DNA of 62,282 nucleotides, the filler included, from Chiloscyllium plagiosum (taxonomy: Eukaryota), in the NCBI RefSeq assembly GCF_004010195.1. It is 5 parts of one record of this genome, joined end to end, with 100 filler letters (N's around TTAATTAATTAA, not from the genome) between each part and the next. Parts side by side here need not be neighbours in the genome. Positions count along the whole stretch, not along the records: positions 22,590 to 43,528 come from NC_057716.1; 4 more parts are not named here. The stretch is one strand, 5' to 3'. How positions within the stretch are numbered: position 1 is the stretch's first letter; every line of letters starts with the position of its first letter. The notes under the pieces are model-generated. The model did no database searches. It saw only the letters and a list, made by a program, of their open reading frames with translations, and was not told where the DNA came from. Positions 24,291 through 37,438 of the stretch are shown here, piece by piece. The position numbers were made by a program, and so were the translations under genes.

Positions 24291-25269
24291 CTCCCTTTAT
24301 TTCTAAGCTACTTCTCAATGATATCGTCCAGAAACATGGCTTCCATGTGTGTGCTCTTGATATTTGCAGTTTCTTTAATCAAATTTTCAGTATTGTTGAA
24401 GTTAGGGGGAGCTATGTAATGTAACTCCTCACGTTCTTGCTACTGTGCTACCAGCCTCTTCTCTGCAACCATCACCACTACTCCCCCCTGGCCTACCAAA
24501 CCAATAAATGTTATTAACAGGGCAGTGAGAAAAGAGGGAGTGGGAATAACTGAGCAAGTTTGAAAGCAGTAAAACTATATTTAATTACAGCCTGTGTAGA
24601 CTTCCTTAATGGAGTGTACAGATGATCATTATTCCCAAGCTGTGACAAGCAGCTAAAGTGTCTTGCAGTCTGTGTACAATTGTTGCTGTCCTATATCACA
24701 ATTTGTAGATCGGGGTAGACTATTTTATTGACTAACCTCAGTAAACCACACACTAATTATATGTTCATTTAATTTGCTGCAGACTAGATGGATCTCTGTT
24801 CAGGATGTTCATTGAAGCTGCTGACTACAGGAATAATTAAATTAATCATAAGACCTCTTTGTGCACATTTCCAATATTTCAAACCGGTCTTATTATTGTA
24901 TCTGTTGTGTTAAAAGATTGAAACAGGGAATAAAATACAAGTTTCCTCCATTATTTAACCATCACAGTTGGCTATCACCCAGTTGCACACAGCAAGTTCC
25001 CACAAACAGGAATGCACAATTAAATTGCATTCACAATGTGGTCTGAGGGAATAAGTATTGGTCAGGAGATCAAGAGGTGTTTCCCGGCTTCTCTTCCAAA
25101 TAGTGCTGTGGGGTGTTTTACATTCTCATGATAGGGTCTTGGTTTAACATCTCCTTCAAAATATGCCTCCAACGAATCACAGTACTTTCTGAATAGAAAC
25201 AGTGGAGATCCAGAGAGACTTGGGGGGTCCATGTGTTTAGGTTGTCTAAATGATGACAGATGCAAAGGA

Positions 25270-25845
25270 TAACCCAAGGGGCCAATAGAATGCTGGCTGG
25301 CCTTTGATGATGAGAGGACTAAAATATAAGAGAGGAGAGGTTATGCTTCAGCTTTCCCTTGTTAGACCACATCTGCAATACTCTGAGCAATTTTCAGCCT
25401 GCACATTGTATTGATTTTGGAGGGAGTACAGTACAACCTAGACTACCCAAGACAATGCATGGATTCCAAATGTTAACTTACACAAATGGGAGCTATATTG
25501 ACTGGAATTTATAAGGTTAAGGAGTCAACTTGATTAAATATTTCAGTGTATTAGAAAGAACAAATAGATTAAACAAAACTGGTTGGCGAGTCAAAGCCTA
25601 ACCTGGGAAATTCATGACTAAAGTTAGGAAAACTTCTACATGAAGAACTTAGGAGAGTAAAGAATTCACAAATGTCTATTGATGCTACTTCAACTGTGAA
25701 GTTTATGCCATAGACTCGGGTATTGGTTAATGAAAGATAGTAAGATATATGGATCTGTGGAGCTGGGTCACACATCAACATCATTTCATTGAACGGTGGA
25801 GTAGGCTTCAGGAACCAAATACATTACTCCTGTTCCTATGTTCCA
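25270..25845 (+). mobile_element. Old, strongly decayed CR1 3' part
   Basis: gttagaccacatctgcaatactctgagcaattt (VRPHLEYCxQF-like) and tail ctcctgttcctatgttcc. Confidence 0.6.
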
Positions 25846-26590
25846 ATGCCAACACAGTACGCCCTCGGTATTGTACTGTGGATGTCAGCCTAATTCTTTG
25901 TGCTCAGATCTTTCAAGAGAGACTTGAAACTTGTAACCTTCTGACTCTGCTGCTGGCTCCTAGATGGATTAGGGTACCTCTGTGCTGAATTCTGCAAAGC
26001 TTTCCCTCTGATAAAGTGCAATTTATTGATAGTAAATAACTAGAACTGATTTGCATAATTTGTATGGAAATTCCCTCCACCCCCTGCATTTTGCTGTGGA
26101 ACTAATTCTGACTTTACCAGGAAGCACGCTGTTTTCTTGGTTGTTATGTTTGTTATGGTATAGACAGACTATTTTTAATTGACATGCTTAGGACTTTTGA
26201 AGCAACAGAGAAGCTTGTGTCATTTGAACCTCTGCTTCTGAACCAAAATGCTTCTGGGTTTGAATCCCAGTCCACAACATGATGACTGTGGAAGATTTAA
26301 ACCACTAGTGTTGGCACATACTACCCCAGTCTAGATAAACAGTGAATATTATTTGAATATTCGTTCATAGGAATTGGGCAATACTGGCTAGGCCAGCATT
26401 TATTGTCTGTTCCAAAGTATTCTCAGAAGAGCTGCTTCCATAGGGTATAGGGATACCTACAGTGCTGCTGGTAAAGGACTTGCAGGATTTTGATCCAGTG
26501 GCAGTGAAGGAATGACTCCCTGTGTTTCCAAGTCAGGGAAGTATGTGGCTTAAAGGGGAACTTACAGCTGGTGGGGACTCCCATGCATGT

Positions 26591-26789
26591 GAGAGAAAGT
26601 GAGGACTGCAGATGCTGGAGAGTCAGAGTCGAAAAGTGTGACACTGGAAAAGCACAGCAGGTCAGGCAGCATCCGAGGAGCAGGAGAGTTGACATTTTGG
26701 GCATAAGCTCGTCACCTAAACATCAATTCTCCTGCTCCTCGGATGCTGCCTGACCTGTTGTGCTTTTCTAGCGCCACACTTCTTTTTGG
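26591..26789. mobile_element. Inverted pair of PLE tail modules inserted in an old LINE 3' end
   Basis: Arms at about 26634-26700 and 26716-26782 are reverse complements; imperfect TSD ctcccatgcat / ctcccgtgtat. Confidence 0.78.
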
Positions 26790-27267
26790 CTCCCGTGTAT
26801 CTGCTGCCCTTGTCCTTCCAGGAGGTAGTGGTTGGTGATTTAGAGGTAGTTGTCTAAGAAGTCTGAGTGAATTTGCTCCAGTGCAAATTACAGATGATGC
26901 ACACTGCTGCAACTGTTCATTGCTGTCTGAGTGAGTGAACGTAAATTAGCAGCAGGAAGGGAATCCAATTGTGAAAGTGCCTGCTTCATCCAAAAGTCAC
27001 AATTGATATGAATGGAGGTGGTGAATGGTAATCAGCCAACATGTTGGCAACTCCATGTAGCATGTGAAAAGGCTGAAAGAGAAAGAGATAGATGTTAGTT
27101 GTAGTATGCTGTTAAAATAGTCTCTGTTGACTGTGTAAAAGTAAACCTCCTTTTCTGTACGATACTGTGTTCACTGGTAGCCCTGCTGTAAGTTCTGACC
27201 CACTTCTGATTCATGAGCTGGCACAGTGGTGTCAACAGAGGCAGTGAATCTGTGATCACACATGTGA

Positions 27268-27636
<369 letters not shown>

Positions 27637-27964
27637 TGATGTCAGCTGAGTTTGTTGGAGTTAGATACCAGAACTGACAGGAATTAATTTTCCAACCTTT
27701 TTCTATTTCCTTTACATGACTGGCTGTTAATGTACTGTCAGATTTATCTTGCCTGTCTTTGGGCTGTATGTATGTAGTCCAGAAACTTTTCAGTGTAAGA
27801 AAAGTAGCACTTTGGGTCAAATAGATTATCTTCGGTAGTAAGCTTCTCAAATTGTGATTGCTAATTACTTTGGTAATTAATGTGAAACATGATATATAGG
27901 CCGTTTAGCACCTCAATCCTATTCTGCCATTCAAAAGGTTTTGAGAAGGGATCTTGTGATGCAA

Positions 27965-28990
27965 TCACAGAGTCATAGAGATTTATAGCATGGAAACAGG
28001 CCCTTCAGCCCAACTTGTCCATGTGACCCAATATTCACGATTAAACCCATTTGCCTGGATTTGGTCCATGTCCATCCTTACCTATCCCATCCATGTACCT
28101 GTCCATATGTTTATAAAGTCACAGAGAGTACAGCACGGAGATAGACCACTCAGTCCATCTTGTGCGTGACGATGAGATATCATAACTTAGTCTCATCTGC
28201 TAGCATTTGGCCATATTCCTTTAAACCGTTCCTATTCATATACCCATCCAGATGCCTTTTAAATGTTGTAATTGCACCAGCCTCCACCACTTCTTCTGGC
28301 AGCTCATTACATACATCACCATCTGCATGTAAAAGTTGCCCCGTAGGTCACTTTTTAAATCCTTCCCATCTCACCTTAAACCTAAGCCCTCTACTTTTAG
28401 ACTGCCCTACCCTAAGGAAAAGATTTTAGCTACCATAGAGGTTTACAACATAGAGTCCATATATCTAAAGCAAGAAGACCTGGTTCACATTGCATCTACT
28501 CCAGAGATTCATAATAACATCTCTCTGAGCAGGTTGATGAGAAAATATGAAAAAAAAAGCCTTGATTGATCAAAATCTTTATTCCATCTACCCCATTTGC
28601 TTGTTAAGAAAACTGAAGAGTGATCTTTTAAAGGTTTATAAAATCATGAGGGGCATGGATAGGGTTAATAGACAAGGTCTTTTCCCTGGGGTGGGAGAAT
28701 CCAGAACCAGACCAGAGGGCATAGGTTTAAGGTGAGAGGCGAAAGATTTTAAAAGGACTTTTTTCACACACAGCGTGGTGCGTGTATGGAATGAGTTGCC
28801 AGAGGAAGTGGTGGAGGCTGGTACAATTACAGCATTTAAAAGGCATCTGAATGGGTGTGTGAATAGGAAGGTTTAGAAGAATATGGTCCAAATGCTGGAA
28901 AATGGGGACTAGATTTATTTAGGATATCTGGTCGGCGTGGACAAGTTGGACGGGAGGGTCTGTTTCTATATATATCACTACGACTCTAAT
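27965..28990. mobile_element. CR1 3' fragments: two on the minus strand (about 27965-28425) and one on the plus strand (about 28610-28990)
   Basis: Tail motifs gtcatagag...cagcatggaaacag; DLLKVYKIMRGMDRVNRQGLFPG. Confidence 0.85.
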
Positions 28991-29879
28991 TAACTATTAA
29001 TATCCCACACTTAAAAGTAAGCTAAATTTTGAAACTTTCAATCAATCCCCTGACTCATAAGGTTTACGGGGAAAGAGTTCCATGTTTCATGGTTGAATGT
29101 TTACACAGAAGGAGGCCATTTGGCTCACCAAACCCCTGCCAGCTTTCTGCAAGTACGACTCTGTTCCTGTAGCCCATCATGTTACTTTCCCCTTCAGTTG
29201 TTCATCTAGCTGCAAGTGAATCTATCACCACCACCCCAAAAGCACTTTCCAGTCTTTCTGACAGTCTTGCGTTTGATTTCCCTTCACTGCTGCTGCTTCC
29301 AGAATATTGCTATTCAGCCATTACTATTTTATTATGATAAAGGATTATGAAACCTGCCTGGAATCACAACATGTCGGAATTGATTATGAGATCGCAGTAC
29401 AGCATGTTCCTATTTAAATTGACTATTCAGCACTTCTCCGTCACATTTCAAGCATTTTATTATATTGTTCCTTGGAACCGACAGCCTTAACAGTTCTATA
29501 TCTTGAGCATAGATGCAAAACTGATTCAACCAGTAGCACCATTGAATCAGTCCATTTAGAGGAAGCTGAAATTGAAACGAAGAGTGGAAGTTATGTCCCA
29601 ATTCTTCAAATTAGATATTTAGCTTTGTCGTCATTTGAATATACAAGTAGAATGGGCCACTCAGCCCATCAGTACTATGCCATGTTTTATGTTTCTTTCA
29701 AGCCTCCCCTCATGGTTCCTCAGTTAATTTTGTGAGTATACTCCTGTATTTCTCTGTCCTTTTATAATTAATTTTATACAACAGTGCTGGGTGTGTTATT
29801 TCAGGGAAGTTTTGACGTGAACCACCAGCTTCTGGCCCAGAAGAAAGCCCTTTAATGCTTGAACTTGGATCTCATCAGA

Positions 29880-30127
29880 GATATTGTGCGCGCACATTCA
29901 AGAACAGCGTCTTCTCCAATGTTATTTGACTTCTGAATGAACCTGTCAAATTTCAAATCGAACGTTGATCTTGCTTCTCGTGCACCTTCTTTGCAGCTGA
30001 AACATTGTATTCCTTGCTCTGTTTAATCACCCTATGATCTTTTTTGGTATGATCTGCCTGTACTGCATGTAAAACAAAACTTTTCACTGTACTTAGGTAC
30101 GTGTGACAATAATAAATCAAATCAAAC
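29880..30127 (+). mobile_element. Rex1/Babar-like LINE 3' end
   Basis: ttcaagaacagc...gttatttgacttctgaatg resembles the FKNSFFPxVIRLLN C-terminus; tail acttttcactgtac...gtgacaataataaatcaaatcaaa. A similar tail lies at 9700-9780. Confidence 0.55.
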
Positions 30128-31212
30128 ATGCATGTACACGCACACACCTCTGGCTTTCCCCAGAAAGAGTACTTCAATAACAGTTAGAATCTATGAGGTG
30201 CCCCTTCCACCTTCCCAATAGAAATGAGAATAGGCTAACCATTCTTTCTTTTGGGGGAAAAAATGACTTAATTCTGTGACTATCTTTTTAAATATATTTT
30301 AGCATCCTCTCCTTGTTATAATTATAAACTACTGTCCTCTCTTCCAGCTCTGGTCGGTGTTAAAATACGCAATGGGAATGTTCAAGCAACAGAGGGGAAC
30401 TCATTAATGTCATTTGAAAGGAAAAATGAGAGGCTGTATAAACTGAGTGATGTTTTAAAGGGGATGCATAAATAGGTATCGAGGCATTCACACAGATAAA
30501 TGACTGAACAAGTCGATAAGCATGTTAATAAGAATTTGGAATCCTTCAACTTGTTAACTGAGGCAGAGTGGTACAAATGTAAGCAAGTTATGTACTGGTC
30601 AGGCCTCCAGTCTTGTATCCTCTTCTGGGTACCACACTTTTAAAAACAAATGTCAAGGCCATGAAAAAGTCACGTACTAGTATTACCGGAATAGTAAATT
30701 CTACAGTGTAACTGATGAAAGGTCATTTGGAAGTATCTGGCTGGATTTTACCCAGAGGGAAGAGTCAGGCCCAGCAGCTGAAAGGTTGAGGCAAGCCTAT
30801 GTATGTGTCCAGGAAAGATTCAGCCAGATTCTACCCTCTGAGGGTGTGACTTCAACTCTCATTGGGGAGGATGTCCTGCCTCAAAGAGCTCATCAGACTG
30901 TAGCTCTCTAATGCCTGCAGCACCACGGGGCACTGCTCAAACAGTATTTAATTCCTGTTGAGGCTTAAAGCTGAAGGCCTGACTAGAAGCAAAGTAGGGG
31001 GTGCCACCCTACCTCAGTCCTCAGCCAAGCCATGTAACTGTGAGTGCCCTTCAATCCACTGATAAAAACCCAGCAATAATAACAATTCATTGTCCAATAG
31101 TTGGGCGGGTTGCCTAATACCTACCCTGGTTCGGGTAAAAATACCTGCAAAAATATACAATGAACACATGCCCTCCTGTTTGATGTCAACCTTGACATCA
31201 CCCTTCAACCCC

Positions 31213-31276
31213 CTTTCTTTCTTTCCTTCTCTCTCTCTCTCCTTTCTCTCCTCTCTCTATCCTCCTCCCCTCCCCC

Positions 31277-31312
<36 letters not shown>
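31213..31312. repeat. (CT)n polypyrimidine microsatellite
   Basis: Direct inspection; a similar tract lies at 51170-51230. Confidence 0.9.
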
Positions 31313-33649
31313 ACCTCACTAAATGCTACCAAGCCTCCTGAATATTCCCAACACTTATTTGTTTCTGTTTTACCAGAATGGTGCTTGGGTTAAGGGATCA
31401 GGGGTTCTGGTGAGAGACAGGAATAAGTGAGATTTTTCTTTTTGGAGCTGAAAAGGTTATAGGACGATTTAATAGAGGGATTCATAAGGAAGCAGCAGTT
31501 CAACAGTGTAGATGGGGAAAAACTAGCAGGAGTGTTGTTAAACAACGACAACAGATTTAAGTTAAAAAGAGAGCAGGCATAAGGTGAAAAGAACCTATGA
31601 CAATTTCTTATGATCTAGAATGTATGACCTGAAAGTGTGATGGAAGCAGATTTCATTGTAATTTTTAAATGGAATTCGAAAAGTACTACAAAAGAAGTAA
31701 AACATTTCAGGGCTATGGGGAGAGCATAGATTAAAACCAATTGCTTGCTCTTTTGAAGAATTGGTAGAGACCCAAAGGACTGTATAACCTTCTTTAGTGC
31801 AATCCTCCCATTGCAGGTTTAATATTTTACCGCTGAGGGGAATAGTGGAGGGTGCAATAATTGTCTGTCAAGCATTTCTTTATTGGTAGCACGTTAGTGG
31901 TGCAGAATTGGCTGCCTCATTTTCCCACATAAGAACAGTCATTTCGCTCAAGAAACGAGTTGATGTTCAGACATTTCAGTGTGATAAGACATTGTCTGCA
32001 TACTCAAGTGCCAGTATTAACAATTTGCAGTTGAGGACTAAGATAAATGTTGAGCAAAGGGTTGTTGATGATGGTTGAAGGACACAGTTTGGTCAAGTTT
32101 TATCAAGGATGGGTTTGCAGTTCCTGCATTATTCCAGTAATTAATTTCTTTATGATTCACTAGATATATTTTAACATGGAAACTATTTTTCATTTGCACA
32201 GCCAAATCTTCATGTGATTGTATATACATCACAAAGGCAGTTTGGCTCATTGAAGGCAGGGTTATAGACATGGTTTATCTTACCATTCCTCTTCTCCTTC
32301 ATATCACTAGCAGTTGATTACTGGCTTATTTCACGCATGAGAAAAAACTGGTATCTCATGAGCAGTTTCATTTCTTTTGAGTTGTAGGTTTTCAATATTC
32401 ATGAAAATCACTCCTGTAATAAACCGCTTGTGGTGTAATGGCTAACATTTGTTTATATGACAGACACAATGATTCCAACTCTACATTGCTCCTATTAATT
32501 TTTTTAAATCTATAGACAAGGTCATAACAAATTAATTTTTTTGTTACAGAGCTAATATAGTGATTTTTTTCCCTTTGTGTGGTTTATAGTTCTCCTGAGA
32601 CTTTCATTGTGCAATATAAGACTATATGTTATTAGTAATGGTAGCATACTGGTAATATTCCTAGGCTAATCATCCAGGGGCTTGAATTAATACTCTGGGG
32701 ACAAGAATTCAAATCCCACTATGACAGCTGGGAAATTTCAGTTTTGTTAATATGGAACAAAATACTAATTTCATCAATAGTGATCATGAAATGACTGTAT
32801 TGTTAAAAATAAGCCACCTGGTTCACTTATGTCATTGAAATAATTTCCGTCCTTATTCTGTTTGGCATAGGTATGACTATGTACCCACAACAATGTGGTT
32901 AATGCTCCACTACCCTTTTGGAAAAAAAATCCACCAAGACACTTAGTTGTAGCTTCAGGTGAAGAATAAAGCTGGCAGTCCACACTGCAAAACTAACATC
33001 TGGAGACTCATATAAAAATTCAGAGTGATCTACCATAGGTAATGAATGACCTGACGTAGTCATGCTCACAAATTATTCCTGTCAGCCACACAGATTTCTC
33101 TGTCACCATCCTGCCATTTGTCCCCCCCACCAGAGCAGGCAGCACAATGGCATGTGAATGGGGAGGGGGTGGTCCTAAGACACCTAAACATTGTCTGCAG
33201 ACCCCCTGAAGCGTCATGGCATCAGATCAAATTTGAGCAAGGAAATCTCTTGCTGTTTTCCACCCTCCTTTAATTGGTGAATTGGTGCTCCTTTGTTTTG
33301 AAGACCACGTTAACACACAATGGGTCAAGAATGGCTCAACTGCTAGTAACCAATGTGATTAAGTCTTGAAGGATGTATCTGCTAGAACAAGTTGGTATTG
33401 AGGGACCAATGTAATGGAGAAATACAGGGAAAGGTGGCCTTCATCTCAACAATTGACCTCTTCCAGACTTTAATCTGCATTTGTTTATGGCAGTGTTGGT
33501 GAAGTGTGACCGCAGCCAGTTGTTCTAAAAATGAAATTCCTTCCTCGCACTGAGGATATGTTCCATTGTGTTATATGGGTAATAACATAGTACTGTATAT
33601 ACTAAATGGGATAAGTTCAGATAGGATTCGATCAAGCAGCTCAATATAG

Positions 33650-34146
33650 ACAACCAGGGGGTGGCGTTGCCAGCCATTTAAACTCCGCCCTCCATCATCA
33701 ACACAAGGTCACATGCAAACAGGAGGAAGAACACTTTACCTTCTGCCTTGGGAGCTTACAACCATATAGCCTTAACATAGAATTCACCGGCTTCCAAATC
33801 TGTCCATCCCCCACCTCCCACTTTGCCCCATGCCCAGCCCTCCTTCTGCACTCCGCTCCTTAACCTGACCCTACCTGTCCATCTTCCTTCCCAACTAACC
33901 ACTCCACCCTTCCCACTGACCAACTGTCGGCACCTTCTACTTGCATCCACCTATTGCCTTCTCACCCACCTTTCCTCCAGCCCCACAATCCTTCCTGTAT
34001 TTATTTCTCAGCCCACTTCCCCTTCCCCAGTCCTGATGAAAGGTTCAAACCTGAAATGCCAACTGTTCCTCTCTTCTGATGCTGCTTCACCTGCTCTGCT
34101 TTTTCTAGCTCCACTCTGACTCTCCAGCAACTGCAGTCCTCCCAGT
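33650..34146 (+). mobile_element. Penelope-like element 3' end (end of GIY-YIG region, 3' UTR and tail)
   Basis: VASHLNS...KQEEEHFTFCLGSLQPYSLNIEF matches the PLE C-terminal E-x-H-L-I-F-R-L-G-x-L-Q-P-x-G-L-N-I-E-F pattern and is followed by the tail module. Confidence 0.8.
34028..34065 (+). ncRNA. Minimal hammerhead-ribozyme-like motif (decayed at stem III)
   Basis: CAGUC CUGAUGA A AGGU UCAA ACCU GAAA UGCC AACUG. Confidence 0.55.
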
Positions 34147-34161
34147 TTAGTGGATGGTGAT

Positions 34162-34510
34162 CATAGAACATAGAACAGTATAGCACAGTACAGGCCCTTC
34201 GGCCCTCAATGTTGTACCGATCTTTTATCCTATTTTAAGATCAGACTAACCTACATACCCTTGATTGTACTAACTTCCATGTGCCTATCCAAGAGTCGCT
34301 TAAATGTCCCTAATGCTTCTGACTCAACCACTGCTGGCAGTGCATTCCAAGCACCTACCACTTTGTGTAAAGAAACTACCTCTAACATCTGCCCTAAAGC
34401 TTCTGCTAGTTACCTTAAAATTATGCCCCCTCATGATAGACATTTCCGCCTTGGGAAAATGTCTCTGGCTATCCACTCGATCTATGCCCCTCAACATCTT
34501 GTCCACCTCC
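34162..34510 (-). mobile_element. CR1 3' fragment
   Basis: KMLRGIDRVDSQRHFP...RGHNFKV...FFTQ; (catagaa)n tail. Confidence 0.85.
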
Positions 34511-36834
34511 TCAGTGGTTCTGTGACTCCATTTGCCACTTATTACTGTAGATGGCTACAGTGTTGTTGCAGGAACAGGTACAGACCTTTTCTCCCCTGAG
34601 CCTCTCCCAACATGAATTATGGCAGATCTGTATCTTAATTACATTTCCCTCTTTTGGATCTGTAACCTTTGATAGGCTTACCTCATAAAAAATCTATGAA
34701 TATTAGCTTGGAAACTTTTAATTTATTCCCAGCCGCAACATCATTTTATGGGAGAGCATTCCAGATTTCCATCGCCCTTATTGTGTGAAAAAGTGTTTCC
34801 TGACATCCTGTGTGAACAACCTGGCTCTCTTATGGCCCCTTATTTTGAACTCTCCAAACTATAGGAAATTGTTTCACCCATGGCTATCCTTGACTAATCT
34901 TAATCACCTTGATTAGATTGTACTTAATCTTCTGTACTCCAGGAAATACACACCTGGGACTGGATTTTCATTACTGGGGTGGCTAAACTGAAACACAAAT
35001 TTCCTGACTCAGCTACTTTATCAATCACCCTGCCCTCAAGTGGAGAAGTCACAGATGGTTACACATCGCTCAACACGTTCACAACTCCATAGACACCAAA
35101 GAAATTCACGTCCATGTGTAAATAGACTTGGACACATTCAAGATTGGGCTGGTAGTTGGAACTTAACGGAGTCTGTGAGGAGGGATAGGCACTAAATAGG
35201 GCAAAGATGCAGTCAGTCTGATGGGTTGAAGTGTGTCCATTTTAATGCAAGAAGTATCTGGAGTAAGGATGGCACTCAGAGCATGGATCAATACTTGTAA
35301 CTATGATGTTGTGGTTATTATGGAGACTTGGATATCACGGGGCAGGAATGGTTGTTGGATGTTCCAAGATTTAGATGTTTCAAAAGGAATGGCGGTGGTG
35401 AGGGGTAGGTAAAAGAAGCAGAGGAGTGGCAGAGATAGTAGCAAAGCTGCAGAAAGGGAGATTGTCGAGGAGGGTTTATCTACAGAGTCAATATGGGTAG
35501 AAGTCAGAAACAGGAAAGGAGCACTCACTTTATTGGGAGTTTTCTACAGACCCCCCAAACAGCAACAGAGACATGGAGGAACAGATTGGGAGGCAGATTT
35601 TGGAAATGTGCAGAAGTTAGAGTTCTTGTCATGAGTGACTTTAACTTTCCTAATATTGACTGGAACCTACTTAGTTCAAGTAGTTTGGATGGAGCAGTTT
35701 TTGCTAGGTGTGTCCAGGAAGGGTTCCTGATGCAATATTTAGACTAGTGGGGAGGCCGTATTGGATTTGGTGCTTGCCGTGAGCCATCCCAGGTGTCAGA
35801 AATCTCGGTGGGATAGCATTTTGGTGATCGTAATCACAACTCCCTGACCTTTACTATACTTATGGAGAGGAATAGAAGCAGGCAGTATAGGAAAGTATTT
35901 AATTGGGGGACAGGGAATTACAATGCTATTACACAAGAACTGGGACATCCTAAATTGGGAACAAATGTTCTCAGCGAAATGCACAACAGAAATGTGGAGG
36001 TTGTTTTGGAAGTACCTGCTGATAGTACTGGCTAGGTTTATCCCACTGAGGAAGGCATGGGAGGTTGAAAAAACCTTGGATGACAAGGGATGTGGAACAT
36101 CTAGTCAAGCAGAAGAAGGAAGCTTATTGAAAGTTGAGGAGGCAAGGATCAGGCACGTTTATTAGAGGGTTACAAGGTAGCCAGGAAGGAACTGAAGAAC
36201 AGACTTAGGAGAGCTGGAAGGGGGCATGAGAAAGCTTCAATGGGTAGGAACATTTTACACTTGTGTGAGGATGGCCAGAGTGAGAGTAGGGCCGATCAGG
36301 GATAGTGGAGAGAACTTGTGCCTGCAGTCAGAGGAAGTAGGGGAGGTCCCTAACGAATACTTTGCTTCAGTATTCACTACTGAAAGGGACATTGACATTT
36401 CTGAGAAAGGCGTGAAATAGATTGATATGCTCGAACAGGTTGATGTTAGGAAGGAGGATGTGCTGAAAAATCTGATAAAAGTAAGGATAGATAAATCTCG
36501 GGCCAGACTGATTATACCCAAGGTTACCACAGGAAGCGATGGAAGAGATTGCTCCGCCTTCAACGATAATCTTTGCGTCCTCACCATCCACTGGAGTAGT
36601 ACCCGATGATTGGAGGGGGGGAAAAGTGATTCCCTTGTTTAAGAACAGGAATTGGGATAACCCTAGGAATTATAGACCAGTTAGTCTTACGTCTATTGTG
36701 GGCAAAGTATTGGAGAGGATTCTGAGAGACAGGATTTATGATTACTTGGAAAAGCATAGCTTGATTAGAGATAGTATGGCTTTGTGAGGGGCAGGTCATG
36801 CCTCGCAAACCTTACTGAAGTCTTTGAGGATGTA

Positions 36835-37438
36835 GAGCTGGAAATGTGTTGCTGGAAAAGCGCAGCAGGTGAGGCAGCATCCAGGGAACAGGAGAATCGA
36901 CGTTTCGGGCATAAGCCCTTCTTCAGGCATGAGCCAGGAAGAACTGTTTGTTTAGTTTATGGATCCTTCTGTGGATGAAGAACAGTCGAGGTCCTTTGCA
37001 GGTCTGTGAGAGTGTTGTCCTGAGCTGGGGTAGGTCGAGTTGCAGGGAATGTAGGTAGCGGCGCATGGCTGCAAGCGTGGAGCGGAGGATCCGGAGGGAG
37101 GTCTGTTGCTGGAGGCTTCGGATTTGTTGTAGGTACTGGTTGTCCTGGTTGGGTCCAAGTTTTGTTGGTCGGAACGTAGTCCGGAGTCCGTGCGGGATAA
37201 GTCGGTTCCGTAGGCAGGTGCTGAGGAAGGAGATGTGGCTGTGGTAGCGAGTCTGTTTAAGAATGTGGCTGAAGAGCTTCTGTGCAGAGGAGATGACCTG
37301 GGGGGTGCAGTGAGAGAGGGACTCACTGAAATCTTTGTAGAGGGAGGAAGAGAGCTTCTTCAAGGAAGGCATCCTTGTAAGAGGATTCGCAGTAGCTTCT
37401 TCAAGGAAGGCATCCTTGTAAGAGGATTCGCAGTAGAA
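36835..37438 (-). mobile_element. Internally deleted Penelope-like element (N-terminal ORF segment fused to tail), with 14-bp TSD
   Basis: TSD tctttgaggatgta at 36821-36834 and 37439-37452; peptide HISFLSTCLRNRLIPHGL of PLE N-terminal type; tail module at the 3' end. Confidence 0.82.
36895..36927 (-). ncRNA. Minimal hammerhead-ribozyme-like core, the best-preserved copy
   Basis: Minus strand reads C CUGAAGA A GGGC UUAU GCCC GAAA C GUC GAUU. Confidence 0.62.
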
